NCBI GenBank assembly: GCA_964016885.1
Contig: OZ024740.1
Span: forward strand, 268,832,001 to 268,896,000
Direction: 5' to 3'
DNA length: 64,000 bases
Source of the DNA: Eledone cirrhosa
Lineage: Eukaryota
The position numbers and the translations under genes are program-made. This document shows, in pieces, positions 42,107 to 55,674 of the stretch. Position 1 is the stretch's first letter. Every line of letters begins with the position of its first letter. The notes below the pieces were generated by a model. The model saw nothing but the letters and a program-made list of their open reading frames with translations. It was not told where the DNA came from and searched no databases.

Positions 42107-42653
42107 TATATATATATATATATATATATGGACGAATGTTATATGACCGCGTTGATTTAGGTAATGACTATGTTGAAGCTTCTTGAATGGGGGATCAAAG
42201 ACAAAGAATGTAAAATGATTGTAAGAAAGACAACAAAACATACATCAAATGAGGCAATATCTCACATAATCATCACATAGTACTAAACTGTATAAATATC
42301 TAAGACTATATCTGCATGCAAAACACACAAACTTTGTGCAAACGTTTACATAGAAGGTGAGTTAAACGTAGGTCCTATTTGTTCCTTTTTTATGGGTGTT
42401 AGTTGTTTCTTTAGGATTTGTATTAACATATACAAGACGGTAGAAATAAATGAAAAACGTATTTATCTAACCATTTATTCTAAACTCACAGCAATAATCT
42501 GTAAAACAAGGACATAAGCATTACCTACGAAAATTCATAATCTGTAAAACAAATATTACCCCCTGTGATTTCGAAGAATTCGAACGCTACTTAATATGAA
42601 TATTACGTGAAACATCATGCTCATTTTTATATATCACCAATGCGGCACCTGTA

Positions 42654-42716
<63 letters not shown>

Positions 42717-43030
42717 GACAGGGGGGCAGAAAAAATGGCTTCCCTTGTGCTTTCAACAAATTTATTTTCTTCACAAAATCCAAAAGGAATTTTTCTTAAA
42801 AAAATTATTTTATAAATTAAGTTGTTGGTTGTTGGTTAGGTCTTAGGAGTTAACCAAGAACTCCTAAGACCTAACCAACAACCAACAACTTAATTTATAA
42901 AATAATTTTTTTAAGAAAAATTCCTTTTGGATTTTGTGAAGAAAATAAATTTGTTGAAAGCACAAGTGAAGCCATTTTTTCTTCCCCCCTGTCTTTATAT
43001 ACCTAACTGTACCAAGGATTACACACATTT

Positions 43031-43035
<5 letters not shown>
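42717..43035. repeat. Near-perfect palindrome, ~135-bp arms, 7-nt spacer, ~40-bp tail (second copy 50161-50475)
   Basis: ...ggttaggtcttaggagtt-aaccaag-aactcctaagacctaacc...; TA flanks. Confidence 0.92.
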
Positions 43036-43061
<26 letters not shown>

Positions 43062-43098
43062 GAAAGATTTGAATGGATACAGTTTAGTTGAAAGGAAT

Positions 43099-43215
43099 TT
43101 ATTGACACGTGTTTCTATAACAGTTACATAACCTAAAACAGCTATCTACAAACTTTTAGTTATGCAGACATTCAATATTTCAATGTTATTATTTACTGTC
43201 ATTTCATCAGAATAA
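43099..43215 (-). ncRNA. Hammerhead ribozyme with ~88-nt stem II (mirror of 46735-46851)
   Basis: ttatt-CTGATGA...GAAACACGTGTC-aataa. Confidence 0.8.
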
Positions 43216-43781
43216 TATTACTGAGGACCTATTTAGTTTTTATAGAGAATATTAGGAGGGAGGGGTGAAGTTGTTAGAAGAATAGTTGAAGGAGTGGTTT
43301 TTCGATAGCAGTGAGAATTCTTGGTGGCAGTGAGTAATTAGATTCCCATCTGTTGTTTTGACATTTTTTATAGAATATATTATTGGTTATTTTTCTAAAT
43401 CTATAGAAGGATTAGAGATAGTAAAGATATGCGTGGTTGGTTTTGTGTTTGCACTTAATTAACATTCAGACTTAAATTTTTCTTTCAAGTGTACGTATCC
43501 TTTCACCCACGCATTCACACACAAATATATTTGCACACCTCTGCAAAATACATATACTCACAATTCACATATTCATACTTACATATATATACACATGCAT
43601 ACACATATATATACACACATGTATTCATATACATACATACGCGCTCATGTGTATACATTTTCATACTCAACTTATCTTTATATACACACGTATAGACACA
43701 CTCATATATACATACATACTCTAGTCCATGTGTACACACATACACATACTTACACATCCATATACACATATATACATCCAT

Positions 43782-43856
<75 letters not shown>

Positions 43857-44177
43857 CATATATACATACACATACATATACACATATATACATACATATA
43901 TATATATAAGCACTTTAATACATGAATACACTTACATCTAACTATACACATCAAACATATATATATATTCACTTATTTATATACATTTTCACATATATAT
44001 ACATACTTATGGACGTTTTTAGACACATTCATTATCGCATATTTGTACCTATTCTCATCAGCATATCTTTTCATTATTAGTATGGTAATTTAAGGTTATT
44101 AATATATGTTGAGAAGAGATTGTTTTTATATTTTTCTAACTAGATTAAGGTTTATATAGTTGGGGGATGTCCCTCTT

Positions 44178-44984
44178 TTATGTAATATTCGGCTTGTAGT
44201 GGGAAAAAAGGGTTTTAGTTCTGTGACGGCAGAATAATGTTCGTTCAATTCTGTTATTCAGCAGTTTCTTCTTGTGTGTGATTATGTAATAAATCTCAAG
44301 ATTACACAATTTGCAGAAATTTTGGCTCCTGGAAAAGCTTTGGGTTTTAGCTAATTTTTCCCATTTTAGGGTAAACTTTTGGTCGCTATCCCTGAGCGTC
44401 CAAGCTTTTTCTGCTAAAGTTGTTACATTTCTTTGGCTCTGGTGTTTTATTGAGTAAGAATGCCTATACAATCGAGATTTAAACGATGTTGCCGTTGATC
44501 CCACGTAATACCACTCGTTGCCTCCGGATTTAATGGTACACTTATAAATAATATTTTTTTCCAGGCAGTTATTGCCGAGGGAGCAGTTGTCAGGATAGGT
44601 GCAGTTACAGTTGTGTACGTTGGGTTTTCTCTGGAGTAGTATTGCGGACGAATTTAGGTGTGGTTTATTTATGTTCTGTAGTGTATTGTCTACTGTTTTT
44701 TTTGTGTTCTTTGTACTTAAGTTCTTAGTGTTTTCGTTTAACCTTCTAGTATTGATCTTTTTTATGTGTTGTTCAAGGTTTAACGCTGTAAAGTATGACA
44801 GTCTTATAGTGGTAGGGTTTAGGATTTTGTGGTATTTGTGTGATGTGGGAAAATGTCTTTTAATTATTTTAAAGAAGAGTACTGGTAAATTTGTACTAAT
44901 GGAGCTATTGTATTCGGGGTTATACCATAAGTACTCTTTGCATCGCTTTCTATTAGTTTTGTTTGTTGGTTTACTGGTGTGCAT
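44178..44984 (-). CDS. PLE C-terminal linker plus GIY-YIG endonuclease (5'-truncated)
   Basis: WYNPEY, CNCTYPDNCSLGNNC, IIYKC...YVGST, CKLC, LLNNR, CRH. Confidence 0.88.
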   Translation of the reverse strand: MHTSKPTNKTNRKRCKEYLWYNPEYNSSISTNLPVLFFKIIKRHFPTSHKYHKILNPTTIRLSYFTALNLEQHIKKINTRRLNENTKNLSTKNTKKTVDNTLQNINKPHLNSSAILLQRKPNVHNCNCTYPDNCSLGNNCLEKNIIYKCTIKSGGNEWYYVGSTATSFKSRLYRHSYSIKHQSQRNVTTLAEKAWTLRDSDQKFTLKWEKLAKTQSFSRSQNFCKLCNLEIYYIITHKKKLLNNRIERTLFCRHRTKTLFSHYKPNIT

Positions 44985-45166
44985 ACTATGGTAGTAAGTG
45001 TGGTTTGGTGTTGTGTTATTATATCTACCTATGTGGGATTTATTTTGGGTGTTTTGATTGTTCCCATCTATGTACTCTATTTTGTTGAGGTAGCCTGCTT
45101 TACTAAGGGCGTTATCGTAGTACTCGGCGTGTTCCTTAAATACTTGTATGTTAGAAGATAGACTCG

Positions 45167-45772
45167 TTAAACCTTGAACAACACATAAAAAAGATCAATA
45201 CTAGAAGGTTAAACGAAAACACTAAGAACTTAAGTACAAAGAACACAAAAAAAACAGTAGACAATACACTACAGAACATAAATAAACCACACCTAAATTC
45301 GTCCGCAATACTACTCCAGAGAAAACCCAACGTACACAACTGTAACTGCACCTATCCTGACAACTGCCCCCTCGGCAATAACTGCCTGGAAAAAAATATT
45401 ATTTATAAGTGTACCATTAAATCCGGAGGCAACGAGTGGTATTACGTGGGATCAACGGCAACATCGTTTAAATCTCGATTGTATAGGCATTCTTACTCAA
45501 TAAAACACCAGAGCCAAAGAAATGTAACAACTTTAGCAGAAAAAGCTTGGACGCTCAGGGATAGCGACCAAAAGTTTACCCTAAAATGGGAAAAATTAGC
45601 TAAAACCCAAAGCTTTTCCAGGAGCCAAAATTTCTGCAAATTGTGTAATCTTGAGATTTATTACATAATCACACACAAGAAGAAACTGCTGAATAACAGA
45701 ATTGAACGAACATTATTCTGCCGTCACAGAACTAAAACCCTTTTTTCCCACTACAAGCCGAATATTACATAA
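45167..45772 (+). pseudogene. Mirror copy of the GIY-YIG domain
   Basis: Reverse complement of 44178-44783. Confidence 0.88.
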
Positions 45773-46093
45773 AAGAGGGACATCCCCCAACTATATAAAC
45801 CTTAATCTAGTTAGAAAAATATAAAAACAATCTCTTCTCAACATATATTAATAACCTTAAATTACCATACTAATAATGAAAAGATATGCTGATGAGAATA
45901 GGTACAAATATGCGATAATGAATGTGTCTAAAAACGTCCATAAGTATGTATATATATGTGAAAATGTATATAAATAAGTGAATATATATATATGTTTGAT
46001 GTGTATAGTTAGATGTAAGTGTATTCATGTATTAAAGTGCTTATATATATATATGTATGTATATATGTGTATATGTATGTGTATGTATATATG

Positions 46094-46168
<75 letters not shown>

Positions 46169-46734
46169 ATGGATGTATATATGTGTATATGGATGTGTAA
46201 GTATGTGTATGTGTGTACACATGGACTAGAGTATGTATGTATATATGAGTGTGTCTATACGTGTGTATATAAAGATAAGTTGAGTATGAAAATGTATACA
46301 CATGAGCGCGTATGTATGTATATGAATACATGTGTGTATATATATGTGTATGCATGTGTATATATATGTAAGTATGAATATGTGAATTGTGAGTATATGT
46401 ATTTTGCAGAGGTGTGCAAATATATTTGTGTGTGAATGCGTGGGTGAAAGGATACGTACACTTGAAAGAAAAATTTAAGTCTGAATGTTAATTAAGTGCA
46501 AACACAAAACCAACCACGCATATCTTTACTATCTCTAATCCTTCTATAGATTTAGAAAAATAACCAATAATATATTCTATAAAAAATGTCAAAACAACAG
46601 ATGGGAATCTAATTACTCACTGCCACCAAGAATTCTCACTGCTATCGAAAAACCACTCCTTCAACTATTCTTCTAACAACTTCACCCCTCCCTCCTAATA
46701 TTCTCTATAAAAACTAAATAGGTCCTCAGTAATA

Positions 46735-46851
46735 TTATTCTGATGAAATGACAGTAAATAATAACATTGAAATATTGAATGTCTGCATAACTAAAAGTTT
46801 GTAGATAGCTGTTTTAGGTTATGTAACTGTTATAGAAACACGTGTCAATAA
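46735..46851 (+). ncRNA. Hammerhead ribozyme with branched ~88-nt stem II
   Basis: CTGATGA 46740-46746; closing helix atgacagt/actgttat; GAAACACGTGTC 46835-46846 (GUC site). Confidence 0.82.
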
Positions 46852-46998
46852 ATTCCTTTCAACTAAACTGTATCCATTCAAATCTTTCTATTTTTCTCCG
46901 GATTACTTTTGGAACTACAACTGGAACCGTCGAGCAAACTCTACGTGACCTGATAATCTACTGTGTGTAATATTTATATTACAACACAACGGAAAATA

Positions 46999-47041
<43 letters not shown>

Positions 47042-47046
<5 letters not shown>

Positions 47047-47106
47047 GCCGCTTTGGTGATATATAAAAGTCGTATGTATGTGCTAAAATATCTGATGTCA
47101 CTACTT

Positions 47107-47137
<31 letters not shown>

Positions 47138-48763
47138 GGGTTTCTATAGTAATACAAATTTATAAAACTTATTATTTGTGTTTTTATAACAATAAATATC
47201 AAGATTATTATTCCAGAAAATTTATAGCAGCGAGTTAAGTGAGTTGGAGGTGGACTGATACATTGAAATAACCGTAGTTCATGCCCAAACACTATTGATC
47301 CATTTTATCTTTGATACAAAATGCCCGTGATACAATCCTACTATCTGTATCACATGCACTATAATATGCACTATATGTGAATTAAAATAAATATCATATA
47401 AATATCAATATAAATATTATCCTATGAAAGAGGTGCAGTAAGATTCATTTTATTCTAAGATTTGATAAGATTTTATACAGTGTCTTAGTTTCATTATGTC
47501 AAATTGGTTCTATTGTGTCTGCTTTTTCTTTGAAACATGCCTGTTCCACAATTTTTATATAGATGTAAAATTTCTACCAATGAAAACCCGGATGACGACA
47601 CAAATAAAATGAAATGCAGTAAAAAGAGTAAAGAATAAAGACATCAAAATCTAGTTTCTGATACAGCTGAAACAAGTTCAAAGGTCTGAAATGGACAGCT
47701 TTTGTTGAAGAACAATGGGAAATACTTAGCGATGCGCTCAGAAAGTATGCAGAGGAAAAGATATAGAGAAGGAGAGCAACGAGAAAAGAATTCTTGATAC
47801 AAGCAAAGGCATAGGCACTGATTTATGGGAGAAATAATATAAGATATGAACAGAGAATGATTAAGCAGTACCAACTGTTGGATTGCAAAGTATGGAAAAA
47901 CAGCAGAAGCGATAGGACCAGATTTATGAAATCAGGAGAAACAAGATTAATACACAAAAATTTCAAAGAAAATGCAATATGTATATGTGGGAATGGCAAA
48001 ATCTAATTAATATTGAGATAGAAATTAACAAAGGTGAGTCTATGAATATTACAAATAAATGTCAAGAAGTAACACAGATGCGAAATATGAAATATTAAAA
48101 GCATTTGATGAAAAAGATAGAACTGTAATGTAATTATGTAAAACAATATCTGAGTATTCACAAAACTGGTCCATATGATAAAACTAAATATAAAGAAAAT
48201 GTAAATATTTACATCAGAAAATGTAAATTTTCCAGAAGATACAACGTAAAAATAAATGTGTATTCAATAATTTTATAATATGGTATTCAATAGGGATAAA
48301 GACCTTTATAATATGATATTAATGAACGACGTTTTGACGCAAAATAAGAAAGAATTTCCGATACAATCTTATCATAGCTGCAATGAAATTTACTGCGATA
48401 GAAAATAAGTGAATATTCAGGATAAATGACAAGGGTGCGAAAATAGTGGGATAAATCGTTTTATCATATAAATATGTTGAGAATATAACGCATTGTGGTA
48501 AATAACGTGAAAATGAAGAAAAAATGAAAGATTAATTAACAAATATATTTGTAGATAAAAGTAATTATTGAGAAGGACATCTGCTGATAAAATATATAAA
48601 TGTATCGAAGGCTGTAATAATATTGAAAATAGTTAATGAAGAAGATAGAGCTTGAAATTTAGCATAGCAAAATCTATCGGTTGCTAATGGGAAAGGAATG
48701 TGCACACCAGTACTATATATATATATATAAAATGCTGTATATATATATATAACATTCGTCCAT

Positions 48764-48827
<64 letters not shown>

Positions 48828-49492
48828 ATACTTGGGGAGGGTCATATTTGTGTAACATTGCCAGAATTAATAACAGAACACACTCACTGTTTGGTTGGTT
48901 TTCGCTTTTCGCTTCTGAGTCTTTTATATCGGTAATCAAATTTATTCGGTTCTCAATGTTGCCATTGACTGACCAACGGTCAAAAATAATACAGATAAAA
49001 TATAGACACAAACACATATATATATAGTTTATCATAAATGTTTCGTTTCACATCTGCAACATCGTCACTGTTACAATGGCAACATTGAGGACCGAATAAA
49101 TTTGATTACCGATATAAAAGACCCAGAAGCTAAAAGCGAAAACCAACCAAACAGTGAGTGTGTTCTGTTATTAATTCTGGCAATATTACACAAATATGAC
49201 CCTCCCCAAGTATAACAATATTTGTTTCGACACACGATTTCATATAAAAAACCTCGCAAAACTATATATATAAATATATATATAAAATGTTGTATATATA
49301 TATAACATTCGCCCTAATATATGTATATATATATATATAGTAATAATAATAAATTTGAAGACTAAAATCCAAAGAGGGCTCGATAAGGATAAATATATAT
49401 CAGATATATAAGAACCGTAGAGCAAATATTTATTAAAATAACAGATTAAAGTTGTGAAAGCATCGATTCTTTGCTTAAACTTTAATCTTTTA

Positions 49493-49547
<55 letters not shown>

Positions 49548-50067
49548 ACGAATGTTATATGACCGCGTTGATTTAGGTAATGACTAAGTTGAAGCTTCTT
49601 GAATGGGAATCAAAGACAGAGAATGTAAAATGATTGTAAGAAAGAATAACAAAACATACATCAAATGAGGCAATATCTCACATAATCATCACATAGTACT
49701 AAACTGTATAAATATCTAAGAGGATATCTACATGCAAAACACACAAACTTTGTGCAAACGTTTACATAGAAGGTGAGTTAAACGTAGGTCCTATTTGTTC
49801 CTTTTTTATGAGTGTTAGTTGTTTCTTTAGGATTTGTATTAACATATACAAGATGGTAGAAATAAATGAAAAACGTATTTATCTAACCATTTATTCTAAA
49901 CTCACATCAATAATCTGTAAAACAAGGACATAAGCATTACCTAAGAAAATTCATAATCTGTAATGCAAATATTACCCCCTGTGATTTCCAAGAATTCGAG
50001 CGCTACTTAATATGAATATTACGTGAAACATCATGCTCATTTTTATATATCACCAATGCGACACCTG
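47042..50067 (+). mobile_element. TIR DNA transposon relic (unit 1), ~27-bp imperfect TIRs, TA flanks, nested PLE fragments
   Basis: Left (c)aggggccgctttggtgatatataaaa; right ttttatatatcaccaatgcgacacctg; no intact ORF. Confidence 0.75.
48823..49263. mobile_element. Fold-back pLTR fragment, family B (duplicate at 54107-54545)
   Basis: Inverted and direct copies of the 32535-32812 tail. Confidence 0.85.
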
Positions 50068-50162
<95 letters not shown>

Positions 50163-50471
50163 GACAGGGGTGAAGAAAAAATGGCTTCACTTGTGCTTTC
50201 AACAAATTTATTTTCTTCACAAAATCCAAAAAGTATTTTTATTAAAAAAAATTATTTTATAAATTAAGTTGTTGCTTGTTGGTCAGGTCTTAGGAGTTAA
50301 CCAAGAACTCCTAAGACCTAACCAACAACTGAATTTATGAAATAAATTTTTTTAAGAAAAATTCTTTATGGATTTTGTGAAGAAAATAAATTTGTTGAAA
50401 GCACAAGTGAAGCCATTATTTCTTCCCCCCTGTCTTAATATACCTAACTGTACCAAGGATTACACACATTT

Positions 50472-50531
<60 letters not shown>

Positions 50532-50729
50532 GCTGCTTTGGTGATATATAAAAGTCGTATGTACGTGCTAAAATATCTGATGTCACTACTTTATGTATAT
50601 ATATATATATATATAAGTTGAAAAGAAATGAAAGCGAAATTTCATTTCTCACTCTTAGTATGGCACTTACTTAAATGTAAGTGTGTATGTATACGTACAT
50701 ACATATATGTATACAGACGTACAGTAGCA

Positions 50730-50819
<90 letters not shown>

Positions 50820-50910
50820 CAGGTACACATACATATATGCACGCATCAACAAAGCGGCGTTATAATAAGCGTCCGCTAAACTGATGCGTGCATATTTGTA
50901 TGTGTACCTG

Positions 50911-50962
<52 letters not shown>

Positions 50963-51197
50963 TGCTACTGTACGTCTGTATACATATATGTATGTACGTA
51001 TACATACATACTTACATTTAAGTAAGTGCCATACTAAGAGTGAGAAATGAAATTTCGTTTTCATTTTTTTTCAACTTATCGTTTTCGGTATGCCTGACCG
51101 ATTTAACTCACTCAATATGCAAATTAGGCTGCTCAGCCGTTAATTTTCATAAGGAAAGTATATACTTTCGAACGTTCAACTATCTGGGAGATGGGTA

Positions 51198-51242
51198 AAC
51201 GGTGCTGATGGTAGCTAACAAGCTTGAAACTAGTACATCGTT
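51198..51242 (+). ncRNA. Minimal type I hammerhead ribozyme (A9G)
   Basis: aacggtg-CTGATGG-tagct aaca agctt-GAAACTAGTA-catcgtt. Confidence 0.78.
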
Positions 51243-51391
51243 CCTGTGTCAGTGTTGAACAAAAAGGTGACGTGGTTGCCTTAACACCGTATGGCATAAA
51301 TTCGGGCTGTTCAGTTTGTTGACAAACGAACAAAGCGGTGTTATAATAAGCGTCCGCTAAACTGATGCGTGCATATATGTATGTGTACCTG

Positions 51392-51445
<54 letters not shown>

Positions 51446-51680
51446 TGCTACTGTACGTCTGTATACATATATGTATGTACGTATACATATATACTTACAT
51501 TTAAGTAAGTGCCATGCTAAGAGTGAGAAATGAAATTTCGTTTTCATTTTATTTCAACTTATCGTTTTCGGTATGCCTGACCGATTTAACTCACTCAATA
51601 TGCAAATTAGGCTGCTCAGCCGTTAATTTTCATAAGGAAAGTATATACTTTCGAACGTTCAACTATCTGGGAGATGGGTA

Positions 51681-51725
51681 AACGGTGCTGATGGTAGCTA
51701 ACAAGCTTGAAACTAGTACATCGTT
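51681..51725 (+). ncRNA. Minimal type I hammerhead ribozyme (A9G)
   Basis: Same as 51198-51242. Confidence 0.78.
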
Positions 51726-51874
51726 CCTGTGTCAGTGTTGAACAAAAAGGTGACGTGGTTGTCTTAACACCGTATGGCATAAATTCGGGCTGTTCAGTTT
51801 GTTGACAAACGAACAAAGCGGCGTTATGATAAGCGTCCGCTAAACTGATGCGTGCATATATGTATGTGTACCTG

Positions 51875-51910
<36 letters not shown>

Positions 51911-52145
51911 TGCTACTGTACGTCTGTATACATATATGTATGTACGTATACATACTTACTTACATTTAAGTAAGTGCCATACTAAGAGTGGGAAATGAAA
52001 TTTCGTTTTCATTTTTTTTCAGCTTATCGTTTTCGGTATGCCTGACCGATTTAACTCACTCAATATGCAAATTAGGCTGCTCAGCCGTTAATTTTCATAA
52101 GGAAAGTATATACTTTCGAACGTTCAACTATCTGGCAGATGGGTA

Positions 52146-52190
52146 AACGGTGCTGATGATAGCTAACAAGCTTGAAACTAGGACATCGTT
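52146..52190 (+). ncRNA. Minimal type I hammerhead ribozyme (intact CUGAUGA, U16.1G)
   Basis: aacggtg-CTGATGA-tagctaacaagctt-GAAACTAGGA-catcgtt. Confidence 0.78.
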
Positions 52191-52339
52191 CCTGTGTCAG
52201 TGTTGAACAAAAAGGTGACGTGGTTGCCTTAACACCGTATGGCATAAATTCGGGCTGTTCAGTTTGTTGACAAACGAACAAAGCGGCGTTATAATAAGCG
52301 TCCGCTAAACTGATGCGTGCATATATGTATGTGTACCTG

Positions 52340-52385
<46 letters not shown>

Positions 52386-52438
52386 TGCTACTGTACGTCT
52401 GTATACATATATGTATGTACGTATACATACATACTTAC

Positions 52439-52472
<34 letters not shown>

Positions 52473-54068
52473 GTTTCTATAGTAATACAAATTTATAAAA
52501 CTTATTATTTGTGTTTTTATAACAATAAATATCAAGATTATTATTCCAGAAAATTTATAGCAGCGAGTTAAGTGAGTTGGAGGTGGACTGATACATTGAA
52601 ATAACCGTAGTTCATGCCCAAACACTATTGATCCATTTTATCTTTGATACAAAATGCCCGTGATACAATCCTACTATCTGTATCACATGCACTATAATAT
52701 GCACTATATGTGAATTAAAATAAATATCATATAAATATCAATATAAATATTATCCTATGAAAGAGGTGCAGTAAGATTCATTTTATTCTAAGATTTGATA
52801 AGATTTTATACAGTGTCTTAGTTTCATTATGTCAAATTGGTTCTATTGTGTCTGCTTTTTCTTTGAAACATGCCTGTTCCACAATCTTTATATAGATGTA
52901 AAATTTCTACCAATGAAAACCCGGATGACGACACAAATAAAATGAAATGCAGTAAAAAGAGTAAAGAATAAAGACATCAAAATCTAGTTTCTGATACAGC
53001 TGAAACAAGTTCAAACGTCTGAAATGGACAGCTTTTGTTGAAGAACAATGGGAAATACTTAGCGATGCGCTCAGAAAGTATGCAGAGGAAAAGATATAGA
53101 GAAGGAGAGGAACGAGAAAAGAATTCTTGATACAAGCAAAGGCATAGGCACTGATTTATGGGAGAAATAATATAAGATATGAACAGAGAATGATTAAGCA
53201 GTACCAACTGTTGGATTGCAAAGTATGGAAAAACAGCAGAAGCGATAGGACCAGATTTATGAAATCAGGAGAAACAAGATTAATACACAAAAATTTCAAA
53301 GAAAATGCAATATGTATATGTGGGAATGGCAAAATCTAATTAATATTGAGATAGAAATTAACAAAGGTGAGTCTATGAATATTACAAATAAATGTCAAGA
53401 AGTAACACAGATGCGAAATATGAAATATTAAAAGCATTTGATGAAAAAGATAGAACTGTAATGTAATTATGTAAAACAATATCTGAGTATTCACAAAACT
53501 GGTCCATATGATAAAACTAAATATAAAGAAAATGTAAATATTTACATCAGAAAATGTAAATTTTCCAGAAGATACAACGTAAAAATAAATGTGTATTCAA
53601 TAATTTTATAATATGGTATTCAATAGGGATAAAGACCTTTATAATATGATATTAATGAACGACGTTTTGACGCAAAATAAGAAAGAATTTCCGATACAAT
53701 CTTATCATAGCTGCAATGAAATTTACTGCGATAGAAAATAAGTGAATATTCAGGATAAATGACAAGGGTGCGAAAATAGTGGGATAAATCGTTTTATCAT
53801 ATAAATATGTTGAGAATATAACACATTGTGGTAAATAACGTGAAAATGAAGAAAAAATGAAAGATTAATTAACAAATATATTTGTAGATAAAAGTAATTA
53901 TTGAGAAGGACATCTGCTGATAAAATATATAAATGTATCGAAGGCTGTCATAGTATTGAAAATAGTTAATGAAGAAGATAGAGCTTGAAATTTAGCATAG
54001 CGAAATATATCGGTTGCTAATGGGAAAGGAATGTGCACACCAGTACTATATATATATATATAAAATGT

Positions 54069-54111
<43 letters not shown>

Positions 54112-54774
54112 ATACTTGGGGAGGGTCATATTTGTGTAATATTGCCAGAATTATTAACAGAACACAGTCACTGGTTGGTTGGTTTTCGCTTTTCGCTTCT
54201 GAGTCTTTTATATCGGTAATCAAATTTATTCGGTCCTCAATGTTGCCATTGACTGACCAACGGTCAAAAATAATACAAATAAAATATAGACACAAACACA
54301 TATATATAGTTTATCATAAATGTTTCGTTTCACATCTGCAACATCGTCACTGTTACAATGGCAACATTGAGGACCGAATAAATTTGATTACCGATATAAA
54401 AGACCCAGAAGCTAAAAGCGAAAACCAACCAAACAGTGAGTGTGTTCTGTTATTAATTCTGGCAATATTACACAAATATGACCCTCCCCAAGTATAACAA
54501 TATTTGTTTCGACACACGATTTCATATAAAAAACCTCGCAAAACTATATATATAAATATATATATAAAATGTTGTATATATATATAACATTCGCCCTAAT
54601 ATATGTATATATATATATATAGTAATAATAATAAATTTGAAGACTAAAATCCAAAGAGGGCTCGATAAGGATAAATATATATCAGATATATAAGAACCGT
54701 AGAGCAAATATTTATTAAAATAACAGATTAAAGTTGTGAAAGCATCGATTCTTTGCTTAAACTTTAATCTTTTA

Positions 54775-54827
<53 letters not shown>

Positions 54828-55494
54828 ACGAATTTTATATGACCGCGTTGATTTAGGTAATGACTAAGTTGAAGCTTCTTGAATGGGAATCAAAGACAGA
54901 GAATGTAAAATGATTGTAAGAAAGAATAACAAAACATACATCAAATGAGGCAATATCTCACATAATCATCACATAGTACTAAACTGTATAAATATCTAAG
55001 AGGATATCTACATGCAAAACACACAAACTTTGTGCAAACGTTTACATAGAAGGTGAGTTAAACGTAGGTCCTATTTGTTCCTTTATTTATGAGTGTCAGA
55101 CGTTTCTTTAGGATTTGTATTAACATATACAAGACGGTAGAAATAAATGAAAAACGTATTTATCTAACCATTTATTCTAAACTCACATCAATAATCTGTA
55201 AAACAAGGACATAAGCATTACCTAAGTAAATTCATAAACTGTAATGCAAATATTACCCCCTGTGATTTCCAAGAATTCGAGCGCTACTTAATATGAATAT
55301 TAAGTGAAACATCATGCTCATAAATCGTTTTATTCGCCGACGTGATGATTATAAAGGGATATGATGAATAGATAAATCAAAATCATTGGGTTAAATAATT
55401 TGGTACCGAAGACATGTAAATGTAAATGATAACCTGGAAAAGAGGATTTAAGTGTATTTCGAAAGTTATATGCACACGCACACACACACACACA

Positions 55495-55572
<78 letters not shown>

Positions 55573-55575
<3 letters not shown>

Positions 55576-55632
55576 GGGACATCAGATATTTTGACACATA
55601 CATACGACTTTCATATATCACCAAAGCGGCCC

Positions 55633-55674
<42 letters not shown>

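Larger units (their letters stand above)
40425..42651 (+). mobile_element. Diverged, rearranged copy of the TIR element (unit 0) with nested PLE fragments
   Basis: 40708-41112 and 42129-42651 are homologous to unit 1; 40425-40690 is an inverted piece; right TIR ends at 42651. Confidence 0.7.
43061..47001. mobile_element. Young Naiad-like PLE fold-back insertion, 1.72-kb inverted arms
   Basis: Arms 43061-44785 / 45165-46889 are almost identical, each with GIY-YIG, 3' UTR and HHR. Tail 46890-47001. Empty site at 50476-50526. Confidence 0.93.
50613..52443 (+). mobile_element. Non-coding HHR-bearing tandem array (retrozyme-like / non-autonomous PLE): ~3.3 units of 465-483 bp plus an inverted 5' arm
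   Basis: Units start near 50848, 51329, 51812 and 52277; inverted arm 50613-50848; one HHR per full unit; inserted in (TA)n. Confidence 0.82.
50527..55321 (+). mobile_element. TIR element unit 2 (tandem duplicate, right TIR lost) carrying the retrozyme-like array
   Basis: 52471-55321 is nearly identical to 47138-50040; left TIR at 50527. Confidence 0.85.

Noticed and set aside
45889-45895. CTGATGA in the Naiad 3' UTR (also near 22391)
   Set aside because: No GAAA-stem III-NUH with complementary stem I nearby.
43061-46889. Long inverted arms as pure read or assembly artefacts
   Set aside because: Asymmetric tail, unique spacer, a substitution between arms, an empty paralogous site and the same geometry in older diverged insertions argue that they are real. 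Not fully excluded without reads.
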